In this document: positions 1 through 11,799 of the stretch, in pieces
How positions within the stretch are numbered: position 1 is the first letter of the stretch
Layout: every line of letters begins with the position of its first letter
NCBI GenBank assembly: GCA_964016885.1
Contig: OZ024742.1
Span: forward strand, 20,150,001 to 20,214,000
Origin: Eledone cirrhosa
Taxonomy: Eukaryota
Reading direction: 5' to 3'
Length of the DNA stretch: 64,000 bases
The notes under the pieces: model-generated
What the model saw: only the letters and a program-made list of their open reading frames with translations
Databases searched by the model: none
What the model was told of the DNA's origin: nothing
Program-made: the position numbers and the translations under genes

Positions 1-200
1 TGCTTCGTGAAGACGTTAGGAATGTCGTATAACCGGAAGTGTTGACATTTGAACATTTTAAAGAAGTGAATATTTAAATAATGTCTTTAATCTTTAAACA
101 AATTTGAGTAAACAAAAATACCCTCACTTTCTTACTTGGAAAAAGTTACATCTATGGTGCAAATTTGGTGGTGTTTGTTCAAGCCGCTTGGCGGAAAGTT

Positions 201-276
<76 letters not shown>

Positions 277-306
277 AAAGAATAGAGGTGTAACACAGGA
301 GTTATG

Positions 307-686
307 ATATATTGGTAAAAGGAAAAGAAAATGCTGACAAATTGTTCCCAGTGAAAAATAGTTTAATTAGGAATAAGTAAAAATTAGTAATAAGTATTGG
401 TTAGTATTCAGTTTTGGTTTTAAGTTTTTACCGGTTGCGCATTTCTAATGCTTTTCAAAAATAATTTTGAGATAGAGCGCCCGTGATGTTTGCTCTAATC
501 AGATTAGAGCAAACATCACGGGCGCTCTATCTCAAAATTATTTTTGAAAAGCATTAGAAATGCGCAACCGGTAAAAACTTAAAACCAAAACTGAATACTA
601 ACCAATACTTATTACTAATTTTTACTTATTCCTAATTAAACTATTTTTCACTGGGAACAATTTATCAGCATTTTCTTTTCCTTTTA

Positions 687-695
<9 letters not shown>
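307..695. repeat. Near-perfect ~390-bp fold-back palindrome of a repeat family (non-folded relative at 40200-40555)
   Basis: Arms 307-500 and 502-695 are reverse complements around ctaatc-a-gattag, with about one mismatch. The right arm runs into (TA)n. Confidence 0.93.
541..576 (+). ncRNA. Variant minimal type I hammerhead-like motif (U3-A8 core, GCAA instead of GAAA); mirror copy 426-461 (-), relative ~40325-40362 (-)
   Basis: TTT-TTGAAAA-GCAT tagaa ATGC-GCAA-CCGG-TA-AAA. Stem I is only 3 bp. Confidence 0.45.
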
Positions 696-741
<46 letters not shown>

Positions 742-775
742 ATGTATAATATATGTGTATGTGTATGCATATATG

Positions 776-849
<74 letters not shown>

Positions 850-1004
850 TTGGTGCTCTGAAATAGCGATATATATATGAATGTATATATAGTGTATTTT
901 GCAATACACTGTATGCTTAATTAAAAGCATTTTGAAGACCTTACGCTATTGTTTTAAAGTACTGACTATGTCACTTACTTCTATTTTCACCAAACAAGGG
1001 GAGA

Positions 1005-1052
1005 TAAGCTGACAGAGCTCTGTTTCGTACTGTTGGTACTTATCAAAGCCTA
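1005..1052 (-). ncRNA. Type I hammerhead ribozyme, U3-A8 core variant
   Basis: Minus strand: TAGGCT-TTGATAA-GTAC caaca GTAC-GAAA-CAGAGCTCTG-TC-AGCTTA. Stem III is palindromic. Confidence 0.8.
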
Positions 1053-1382
1053 GCACTCCTCCTGTTTGCTGAAAACTATGAATTTTGGATTCTTATCGAA
1101 TTCCAGTAATAATCAGGAACTGATTATACAGAACGGTTGCCGGTCCAGTAAAAATTGAAAATTAGAATTGGTGCTCTGAAATAGCAATATATATATGAAT
1201 GTATATATAGTGTATTTTGCAATACACTGTATGCTTAATTAAAAGCATTTTGAAGACCTTACGCTATTGTTTTAAAGTACTGACTATGTCACTTACTTCT
1301 ATTTTCAGCAAACAGTTCCTGATTATTACTGGAATTCTATAAGAATCCAACATTCATAGTTTTCAGCAAACAGGAGGAGTGC

Positions 1383-1429
1383 TAGGCTTTGATAAGTACC
1401 AAAGTACGAAACAGAGGTCTGTCAGCTTA
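1383..1429 (+). ncRNA. Type I hammerhead ribozyme, U3-A8 core variant (inverted copy)
   Basis: TAGGCT-TTGATAA-GTAC caaa GTAC-GAAA-CAGAGGTCTG-TC-AGCTTA. Confidence 0.8.
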
Positions 1430-1960
1430 TTTCCCCTTATTTGCTGAAAATAGAAGTAAGTGACATAGTCACTACTTTAAAACAATAGCGTAAGGTCTTC
1501 AAAATGCTTTTAATTAAGCATACAGTGTATTGCAAAATACACTGTATATATATATATATATATATATCAGAAGATCCCGTTAAGGGTGAAAGCAGCGATT
1601 CTTTGCTTAAACTTTAATCTATTTTAATATATATAAATATATATATATAATAGGCGGAAATAGAAGTGCTATGCAGAAACGAAATAAATGGAAGTAATAA
1701 TATTCCACAGTAAACAAACAGACAGACCGACAAAGAAAAAAAAAAGGAAGTATCTTTGAAGGAAACATAATACATTAACGGTTATAATCAATTGTAGTTT
1801 TCTATGATATTTGTTTAGTTGAAAGATATAGAGAGCAATAATATACCAGAGATACTTCCTGTTGTGTAAACATGACGTTTATTGTTGGTGTAGGACTGGT
1901 TTTATTGTAAAATGGATAACACGTGATCATGTTTTCTCATAGATTCTACACGTGTATACA

Positions 1961-2103
1961 CTCTCTGAAGACGGCATATATATGTGTTTGGTATGTATAT
2001 TTAATTTTGATAGTTTGTATAATTTTGTATAATTTTGTATATAGATCTGTTGAATATGCATGCCAATTCTAACACATATATATCCTAGAAACGATCGTTA
2101 AAT
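1961..2103 (+). ncRNA. Hammerhead-like motif with long stem II and degraded stem I
   Basis: CTGAAGA at 1965; atatatatgtgtt...aacacatatatat stem; GAAA-CGATCG-TT at 2088-2099. Confidence 0.5.
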
Positions 2104-2163
2104 AATGAACTTTTTTTGTTTAATATAAGGAACTGTTTCATTGTTTTATTCATTATTTTTTTA

Positions 2164-2234
<71 letters not shown>

Positions 2235-3136
2235 ATGTATGTATGTATGTATGTATGTATATATGTATGTATGTATATATATGCATTCGCACATCTAAAA
2301 TCAGGTTTCATACACACGAACAACGCCAACATTCTCTTCCTCACTCACGCAAACTAATGCACACATATGCACATTATGTCACTCTCCCAGTCGCTTTATT
2401 ATCTTTGAACACGAGACCTGACCACGAGAACACAACACGAGACCACAGAAAGGTGTCTGGACATCAAAAATAACAGTTTCCACTTTACCTGAGCGTCATA
2501 CTAATAACTTTGATTATTATCTTACACGGCCTGTTGATGCTATATATATAGGAAAAGAGTCAAGACCCCGACGGCAGAGCTCAAGCCATTTCGACCGCTA
2601 TTTCTGGTCCACTTGGTTCCTTACCACGCTTCCTTCATTATATATATAATGTTAAGGTATCAATACATATTTAATATGTATGATGATCATGTTTCTCAAT
2701 AAATATACCAAATGGACTTTGGTTCAGAGCATCAATTATTTAAATTTAACAGAAAGAATCCTACATCGTTTGAGAAACACAGTATTTTGTACACGTATAT
2801 ATAGATAAAAAAATATACAGGAAAATATACATACTTTAAGATAGTAAATATGTCATTTGTATAAAATGACTTTTTTACAATCTGAAAGTATGTATATTTT
2901 CCTGAATATTATCTGATCTATATTGAATAAGTATTTATATATACATATAGTTAAAATTTACTTACAAACCATTGCACTCTTAAATTCTTTGGTTTGCAAC
3001 TATATAACGGCTTTGTATGATCCTATCATTGCATTGAGCTAAAAGACACCTAGTGAATGAGGAAAATTTACTCTTATTACTATTACTATTATATATATAT
3101 ATATATCACAGAAAAAAGAGAATCAGTGTTGCGACG

Positions 3137-3218
<82 letters not shown>

Positions 3219-3228
3219 ATTTGTTTTG

Positions 3229-3620
3229 AAAGGCTTTTGATATGAAATCGTGTGTCGACACAAATATTGTTATACTTGGGGAGGGTCATATTGTTATAAT
3301 ATTGCCAGAAATGATAGAAGAACAGACACATTGTTTGGTTTGGGTTGGTTTTTCGCTTCTGTATCTTTTATTTGGCAATCAATGTTTATCATTGATTGAC
3401 CAACGGTTAAAAATACAGATATAAACATATATATATATCTAACAAAGTTCGTTCGTCACACATCTGTGACATCATATGTTTCCTCCCATTGTATTATAAA
3501 GTCTACGCCATTTTTGAATGGCGTAGATTTTATAATACAACCCAAACCAAACAGTGAGTGTGTTCTGTTATTATATCTGGCAATATTATAACAATATGAC
3601 CCTCCCCAAGTATAACAATA
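3229..3620. mobile_element. Fragments of a PLE 3'-UTR family, in inverted arrangement; other copies at 4660-4792, 36865-36970, 47860-48200 and 62420-62925
   Basis: Shared gggagggtcata...ataacagaacacactcactgtttgg sequence. At 47860-48610 it is joined to a GIY-YIG C-terminal remnant. Confidence 0.7.
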
Positions 3621-4797
3621 TATATATATATATATACATACACACACATATATATATATAACAGGGGCGGTGGAAACACATATCTATTTGTATATGCGCT
3701 ACAATTTATGTACATGTTATTTAGAGATAGATGTGAGAGATAGATATAGATATAGAGAGGGGGAGTGTTGGGTAGTAATTGATATAGAGAGGAGGGTTGG
3801 GAGACAGTTCCGTGTAGTAGATATAGAGTGGGAGAGAATTTGGTGGTTGTAAATTTACAGAGAGGAATAATGGGAGAGTGTCCTGTAGTAGATATAGAGA
3901 GGCTGAGAGTTTAGAGGTGATTGGCATACAGGGGGTGGGGGGTGGGGTGGTGAGAGAGATAAGTGTGAATATTTATAGAGAGTGAGTGAGTGTATTAGTC
4001 TTAGATATAGAGAGTGGGATAAGAGAGGCGGAGTCGTGCTAACTATAGAGAGAGGTAGAGTTTGGTTTTAGTAGATACAGAGAGGGGATTAAAAGAGAGT
4101 TTTGTGTGATAGACATAAAAAGGAGGAAAGTTTAGTGGCACTCTCGGGTCCCAAATAATAGAAGGAGTGGCAATAATGGCGGTGGGGCTGGGGTCTTGGG
4201 AAATCCATAATCGTATAGTGTACGTTCGTAAATATGGGATTTCTTGTAATGTTCTTTTGTCATATATAATGTCGTTTTAATGAAAATAAAATTATAATTA
4301 GATTCTCCAGCTGCTGTATAAATATGAATCACTTACAATAGAATTTTGCCGGAGATAGATTAGCAAAATTTAATAAGCAGATGGGGGTAGAATAAAAACT
4401 GGGGAGAGGTGGGAAAAATCTGACAGATTAATAAGCGGAAGCTGGGGATGATTATTCAAGACCTGAGAGTACGTGGATTATTGATGGATGTAAGAAGGAA
4501 AACTTAATACCGAAGTAGGGTTTAAATATTCATTTATTAAGGCCAAGCCTTGTTACTCTGGAGTCTCACCTGCGTACTCACTAGACAAAACTGGTAACCC
4601 TGTGAGTGCGCAGGTGAAACTTTAGAGTAACAAAACTCACCAATGGCCATAATAAATGACAAACAGTCAGTGTGTTCTGTTATTATTTCTGGCAATAGTA
4701 CTACAACAACATGACCCTCCCCAAGTATAACAATATTTGTTTCGACACACGATTTCATATCAAAAACCTAGCAAAACAAATTCATCGCCGTCATATA

Positions 4798-5429
4798 TCT
4801 CTATATATAAAAGCAAGTCGCTCTGTGTGTGTGTGTCTGTCTGTGTGTCTGTCTGTCTGTGTACAAATACTAGGCTACTTTTAACTTTTGAAGTACTAGG
4901 CCGATTTCAACCAAATTTGGCACACATGTTGCTTATATGCGAGAGCAGGTTTTGGACAAAAACACATTTGAAAAAAAATCGATATTGGGGCCGAAAAATC
5001 GATTTTGTGTGTGTATCTGTCTGTGTACAAATACTAGGCTCCTTTTAACTTTTGAAGTACTAGGCCGATTTGCTTCAAGGAATGATATTTCTATGTCAAG
5101 TGGATGGTCAACGTGGTAGTGGCAGCACCATCTTACGCATAGGGTTTAGTCTACTGAAGGACATACGGTGCGTCTATTCCATCTTTATCCCCTGAATCAT
5201 ACCTACTACAGCAAGGCCGGACCTGAAATCATTCACGTCAATTAACTCAAGCTACCCGATGAATTGTTTTTACGTTGCCGTTTATTTCACTCAATCATGT
5301 CACTGTACACCCATTTTGTTAAACTGCTTTTTACAATTACATTTCAATTTTTTGATTAACCTTTGGCTCTCTTTATACGGACAAACAGGCTGTCATTCAT
5401 TTCCCGAGCAACGCTGGGTACATCTGCTA

Positions 5430-5430
<1 letters not shown>
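4798..5430 (+). mobile_element. Non-autonomous Helitron
   Basis: 5' TC(tctatatataaaa) after an A; 3' GC-rich hairpin cccgagcaacgctggg followed by CTAG then T; internal (GTCT)/(GT) repeats and a short internal duplication. Confidence 0.75.
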
Positions 5431-5481
<51 letters not shown>

Positions 5482-5532
5482 CGTCATATATATATATATA
5501 TATATATGAATGTATATATATATAATAAATGA

Positions 5533-5592
<60 letters not shown>

Positions 5593-5744
5593 ACGTTAAA
5601 CGAAGATGATGATGTGGATGATGATATATAGGAGATGAACAAATTGGGTATAATACCAGTTTCTTACCAAATGCGAAAAAGCTTGGTATATTAACCCGTT
5701 AGGAAAGGATGCAGCCATAATTTTTTTTAAATGATATATATACA

Positions 5745-5980
5745 CAGTGGCGGTGGAACTGAGAGGGGGTGGAGCATGCCCCTCCAATAATTATATTTTC
5801 TCCTCAAACTACCAACACACACACATCTATTTGTATATACGCTATAATTTATGTACATGTTATGTTTATCAAATATCGAAATTTTCTGACCATTTTAGAG
5901 TACAAAGAACTAAACTAATCACTACAACTAAATTGTCCAAACTGCACCCCCCTCCCTTAGAAATGCCTCCACCGCCCCTG
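5745..5980. mobile_element. MITE with ~13-bp terminal inverted repeats (partial copy at 3662-3720)
   Basis: cagtggcggtgga ... tccaccgcccctg. Confidence 0.65.
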
Positions 5981-5984
5981 TATA

Positions 5985-6280
5985 AAGCTGGAACCCCGTC
6001 AGTTATAACGATGACTGTTCTAGTTGATACTATTAACAGTACAGCCTGCTCATGTAATTAAAGTGCGAGTGACTGATCCACAGTCACACATGCCCCTAAC
6101 GTATTTCTCAGGGAGATTCAGCGTGACACAGAATATGACAAGGTTAGGCCTTTGAATTACAGGTACAACTTTTACCCACTCCCAAACTGAGTGAACTGGA
6201 GCTACTTGAAATAAAGTGTCTTGCTCAAGGACACAACGCACCACCAGGAATCGAACGAATGACCTTACGAACGTGAGCTG
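5985..6280 (-). mobile_element. tRNA-derived SINE remnant
   Basis: Minus strand has a B-box-like GTTCGATTCC followed by gtgtccttgagcaagacactt, a common SINE body motif. Confidence 0.6.
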
Positions 6281-7004
6281 AAAGAAGAAGAAGAAGAAGA
6301 AGAAGAAGACGACTATTTATAAATAAAATTAGAGGTAGTTGCTGTTGGTATTTTTTGGAATATCAGGTGAGAGACGATGTTGGGAGCAAATATTGAATAT
6401 ATCATCAATAAGTTAAACCTAGTTAAACCTTCTAAAAATGTGGCTATTTAATACAAGGACAAAGCCCCTTTTTCCTTTTTCTACCTTTCCCAGCTTTCTG
6501 CTCGACCTTGCATGACAAAGGAAATATTTTACCTGTACTTCTAACTATTTTATTTTTTTTTTATTTTAATCCTTTTGTTTTTGTTTCTTTTTTGTATATT
6601 GTTCTATCCTGAATTACTTGTTTGAAACATTATTTGTTCTCTTCACTGCGAAGTCGATAGAAATTCCTTTTGGGGAATGTAGGTCATTCGTTGACCCGTT
6701 TACTTTAATACAAGGTTAGTCTTTCACGGACCCCTACTTCAAAATACCACTTCTATCTCTTCTTCTCTCTTTTCCCTTCTCTCAAATTTTATTTCTAGCT
6801 TTTCTATATATGTAGTCCTTTATTTAGCCAATTATTTACTTGTTTATATATTTATGTATGTATTTCTGTTTGACATTTAACCTTCTAAATAATCGTTTCT
6901 TTTCTTTTTATCTTTTTTGAGGAATTTAGTAAAATATTCAAAGTTTATCTCTTCTTCTTTAAGCTGTCCTTTTCCAACTAACAATTGTCAAGCTTCACTC
7001 TTTA

Positions 7005-9500
7005 CAACAGTACACCATCACCCCTACTACAACTAACACCACTACTACAAACAACACCACTAATACAACTAACAACACTGCCATCACAACCACCACCAAC
7101 AACAACACCTCTAGCACCACCACCACCACCATCACTACTACAACTAACACCACTACTACAGCTAACACCACCACCACAAACAACACTGCCATCACAACCA
7201 CCAGCACTACTAACACTAATACCACCACCACCACCGCTACCACCGCCGCTGCCACTACTACAACTAACAACACAACTAACACCACCACCACTACTACAAC
7301 TAACACCACCAGCACTAACACTACCATCACACTACCAGTATTACTAACACTAACACCACTAGCACCACCACGGCCGGATTTAATGGGGTGCAAAAGGGGC
7401 ACTCACTTCGGATCCCCTGTAGTGGGCGCGGGAGGTGGGTGTGTGGGAACCAGCAATGGCCGTAGCAATTTATTTGTGCCCTCAGCTGGGCTTTTTAGTT
7501 TTAGGATGGTTAAAATTCTTGAATTTAATACCTGTATGTATAACTTTAATACTTGCGCCAAGCTAACTTTGATATTTAAAATTGGAGGGTTTGCTGTGTA
7601 TTCTAATTTTTTGTGTATGAGGGGCCTCACAAACATGATGTGCCCCGGTACCCCAAGGTCTAAATCCAACTCGACCACCAACAACACCACTATCCCGATC
7701 ACCACCACCAGCACTACTAGCGCTAACACCACTAACACCACCATTACGAGCACCACCACCACCACAACCACAACCACTACTTACGCATCACAACCACCAC
7801 CATTACGAACACCATCGCCACCACTCATACCGCTACTAACAACACCATCACGACACCACCACTACCACCACCAACACTACCCACTCCACGCCCACCACCA
7901 CCATCATCACCACCACCACTACCCCATCACCACCACTACCCCATCACCACCACCACCACACTACCCACTCCACGCCCACCACCACCATCATCACCACCAC
8001 CACTACCCCATCACCACCACTACCACCACCAACACTACCCACTCCACGCCCACCACCATCATCATCACCACCACCACCATCACCACCACCACTACCCCAT
8101 CACCACCACTACCACCACCAACACTACCCACTCCACGCCCACCACCACCATCATCACCACCACCACTACCCCATCACCACCACTACCCCATCACCATCAC
8201 CACCATCATCATCACCACCACAACCATCACCACCACCACTACCCCATCACTACCAACACCACACCACCACCACCATCACCACCACCACCACTACCCCATC
8301 ACCATCACTACCCACTCGACGCCCACCACCAACACCACAGCAACACCACCATCACCACCACCACCACTACTATCACCACCACTACCAACACCACTACCAC
8401 CACCATCACTACCCACTCCACGCCCACCATCACCATCACCACCAACACCACAGCACCACCACCACCACCACTACTATCACCACCACCACCACCACTATCA
8501 CCACCACCACCACCACCACTATCACCACCACCACCACCACTATCACCACCACCACCACCACTATCACCACCACCACCACCACCACTATCACCACCACCAC
8601 CACCACTATCACCACCACTACCAACACCACTACCACCATCACTACCCACTCCACGCCCACCATCACCACCATCACCACCATCACCAACACCACAGCACCA
8701 TCACCAACACCACACCACTATCACCATCACCATCACCACCACGACCACGACGACCACCACCACTATCACCAACACCACCACCACTATCACCATCACCATC
8801 ACCACCACGACCACGACCACCACCACCACTATCACCACCACCACCACCACTATCACCACCACCACGACCACGACCACCACCACTATCACCATCACCATCA
8901 CCATCACGACCACGACCACCACCACCACTATCACTATCACCACCACCACCACCACTATCACCACCACCACCACCACTATCACCACCACCATCACCACCAC
9001 GACCACGACCACCACCACCACCACCACTATCACCACCACCACCACCACTATCACCACCACCACCACCACTATCACCACCACCACCACCACTATCACCGCC
9101 ACCACCACCACTATCACCACCACCATCACCACCACGACCACGACCACCACCACCACCACCACTATCACCACCACCACCACCACTATCACCACCACCACCA
9201 CCACTACCCCATCACTACCAACACCACACCACCACCACCACCACGACCACCACCACCACCACCACCACTATCACCACCACCACCACCACTATCACCACCA
9301 CCACCACCACTATCACCACCACCATCACCACCACGACCACGACCACCACCACTATCACCATCACCATCACCACCACGACCACCACCACCACCACCACCAC
9401 CACTATCACCACCACCACCACCACTATCACCATCACCACCACCAGTGGAGTGGCCTCACCAGCGACTGCCAGCACCACAACAGCCACTATTACCACCACT
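7005..9500. repeat. (CAC/CAT/TAC)n trinucleotide low-complexity array interrupted by a MITE-like piece
   Basis: About 2.5 kb of degenerate ACC/ATC/ACT repeats, followed by (CT)n and (TTTC)n to ~9830. Confidence 0.95.
7370..7672. mobile_element. MITE-like DNA element; related copy at ~11160-11385
   Basis: Shared internal sequence (aatttatttgtg..ccctcagctgggctttttag...ccaagctaactttgatat) and imperfect ggatttaa/taaatcc ends. Confidence 0.5.
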
Positions 9501-9524
9501 GTCACTTATTCTCTCTTTCTCGCA

Positions 9525-9564
<40 letters not shown>

Positions 9565-9688
9565 TCCGCTCTCTCTCTCTCTGTCACTCTCTCGCCTCTC
9601 TTCCCCCCTCACCCTCTCTCTTGCCACCTCCTTTCTTTCATAAATATATGTAACTAAAAAAATGTCGGCATTGCTGCGAGCACCACCA

Positions 9689-9743
<55 letters not shown>

Positions 9744-10429
9744 TTTTTCTTTCTTTTTTTTTTTTTTTTTTTTCTTTTCTTTTCTTTTCTTTTCTTTTCT
9801 TCTTCCCCTCTTTCTTTCTTTCTTTCTTTGCCACCCAATCCCTGGCATACACCCACACACACTCTTATGTCCTATCAATGTGACATACTTTTTACACGAC
9901 ATATACTACAGCTTTAATATAATAGATTTCTTTGAAAATCTGGCTGTGCTGTCATCATTTATTGTGACAAGAAATGATCAAAGAATGAAATGTTAAACAT
10001 GTTAGTTCATTTATTCTGCTGTAAGAACAATTAATGACATACTTATGATATGAAAATAACATCTGATCCATCACTTGTCACATCAGCAGTGACCAAGCTT
10101 TATAGTTGTCTCGCTACAATGGTTATTGATCAACAAGGTGTAATAACTGAATTACTTTAATTGTTGTTATAGATCGTGATGATGTCATAGAGATGTATTT
10201 CACAGGTGAGTTAAGAACCATACATCGAATAACTGATGTAGAGAATATCACTGGGAGGGGGGGGGGGATGATGTAGTGTGTGTTGCTGGCTGTTCTCCAC
10301 GGTAATGCTATCGTCATCTTGTCAGCGGGGCATGGTTGATATATAACGTCTAGCCGAAGGAATAGAATATGTCATGCGAGGAGAAGTGGCCGATGTAGTA
10401 GGTGTTGCTGGCTGTTCTCCACTGTAATA

Positions 10430-10650
10430 ATTGTTTCTACTTTTGGCACAAGGCCAGCAATTACTCCAGTATATTACTACTACTTTATCTTATCGACCCC
10501 GCAAGGATGAAAGGCAAAGTTAACCTCGGTGGGATTTGAACTCAGACCATAAAGGGTCGTAACTCTTTGCTGCAAAATAATGTTGCCACAGCGTAGAAAG
10601 CCAAAATAAATACCACAAAGCATTCTATCCGACGTTTAAATGACTCTGGC
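10430..10650 (-). mobile_element. tRNA-derived SINE (Octopus-type); related copies at ~10855-11000, ~11495-11580 and 26370-26552
   Basis: ttatcgacccc..aaggatgaaaggcaaagttaacctcgg.ggatttgaactcag; minus strand B-box gagttcaaatcc. Confidence 0.7.
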
Positions 10651-11601
10651 AATAAAAAAATTATGGATGCGGTGGTATGGTACTGTAACTCCTGGGGGAG
10701 TTGTAAAGGCGCCGTAGTGACATGGCCTCTCTTGACCATTTTAAGCCTGGCGGAATCCCTCCCTCCCCAGGTCTGTACACAGTTGAATTCTTCCAGAGAA
10801 GGATAGAAAGTGAGAGAAAGAGAAAGTGGGAAAGAGATATAGAGAAAGAACCTACCCCACTACGAGACCGTACTTTGTTTATCGACCACGAATAGATGAA
10901 AGGAAAAATTGACCTTAATAGGATTTGAACTCAGAGAGCAGAAAGACGAAACGAATACTGCAAAGTATCCTATCTGACGTTCTAACGACTCCGCCAATTT
11001 CTTGCTTTTACAAACTATACTCGGTGCTAAATAACACATTCTCTACTCAGTAATAAACACGTTATACTTACTGTATAAACTAGAACTACAGCTGTCACTC
11101 GCAATTGAGTATCACATATACAGGGCTTAATCGAGGATTAAGCCCTATATATGTGATCCCTGCAGTGGTAATTTATTTGTGTCCCTCAGCTGGGCTTTTT
11201 AGTGTTGGATGGATTTTTGAATACTTGTATGTATAACTTTTCAATTCTAATTACTTGTGCCAAGCTAACTTTGATATGTAAAATTGGGGTGAGGTTGCTG
11301 TGTATTCTAATTTCTTGTGTATGAGGTGGCCCCCTAAAAAAAAATCTGAAATGCCCCGGGCCGCCAAAGTCTATATCCAACCCTGCGCATGAACTATGAT
11401 GTTGCTAAAGGTTTTAGGTGTCCATACAGTCGCCGGCACACTCCCTCCTTTGATCCAGCTTTAAATGTGACAGTGCTGCACAGCACTTAGCTCGTATGAA
11501 AGGCAAAGTATGAAAGCAAAGTGTCCCTCGGTGGGAATTCAACTCAGAATGCAGAGAGCCGTAATAAATATGCATTGCTCTAACGACACTGTTTAAATGT
11601 C

Positions 11602-11784
11602 TGAGTTGAGGGTTGTTCTATCGACAGGGTATTAAACAACCCATTTGTGGCACCTCCCCCCTATTGGGGATTTCGATTGTTGAAATTGTTTGTTTTTATA
11701 TTTTTTACACGACTGTATGTAAAATCCCCGGCATGTCTTTGTATTGTCCCCTTTCTTGTTGCGCCCTTGTGGCTAATAAAGAAA
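11602..11784 (+). mobile_element. 3' UTR-only copy of an L1/Tx1-like element, followed by (TCTA)n
   Basis: Nearly identical to 17842-18024; ends aataaagaa followed by (TCTA)n. Confidence 0.88.
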
Positions 11785-11799
11785 TCTATCTATCTATCT

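Larger units (their letters stand above)
843..1545. mobile_element. ORF-less ~318-bp unit in partial tandem (843-1160, 1161-1313) followed by an inverted copy (1312-1545); retrozyme-like or non-autonomous PLE-like
   Basis: Direct repeat starting attagaattggtgctctg at 843 and 1161. 1312-1545 is the reverse complement of ~890-1120. Carries an HHR and is flanked by (TA)n. Confidence 0.75.

Noticed and set aside
7383-9653. 756-aa His/Pro/Thr-rich ORF
   Set aside because: Stop-free (CAC)n microsatellite plus a MITE-like piece; no domain or gene structure
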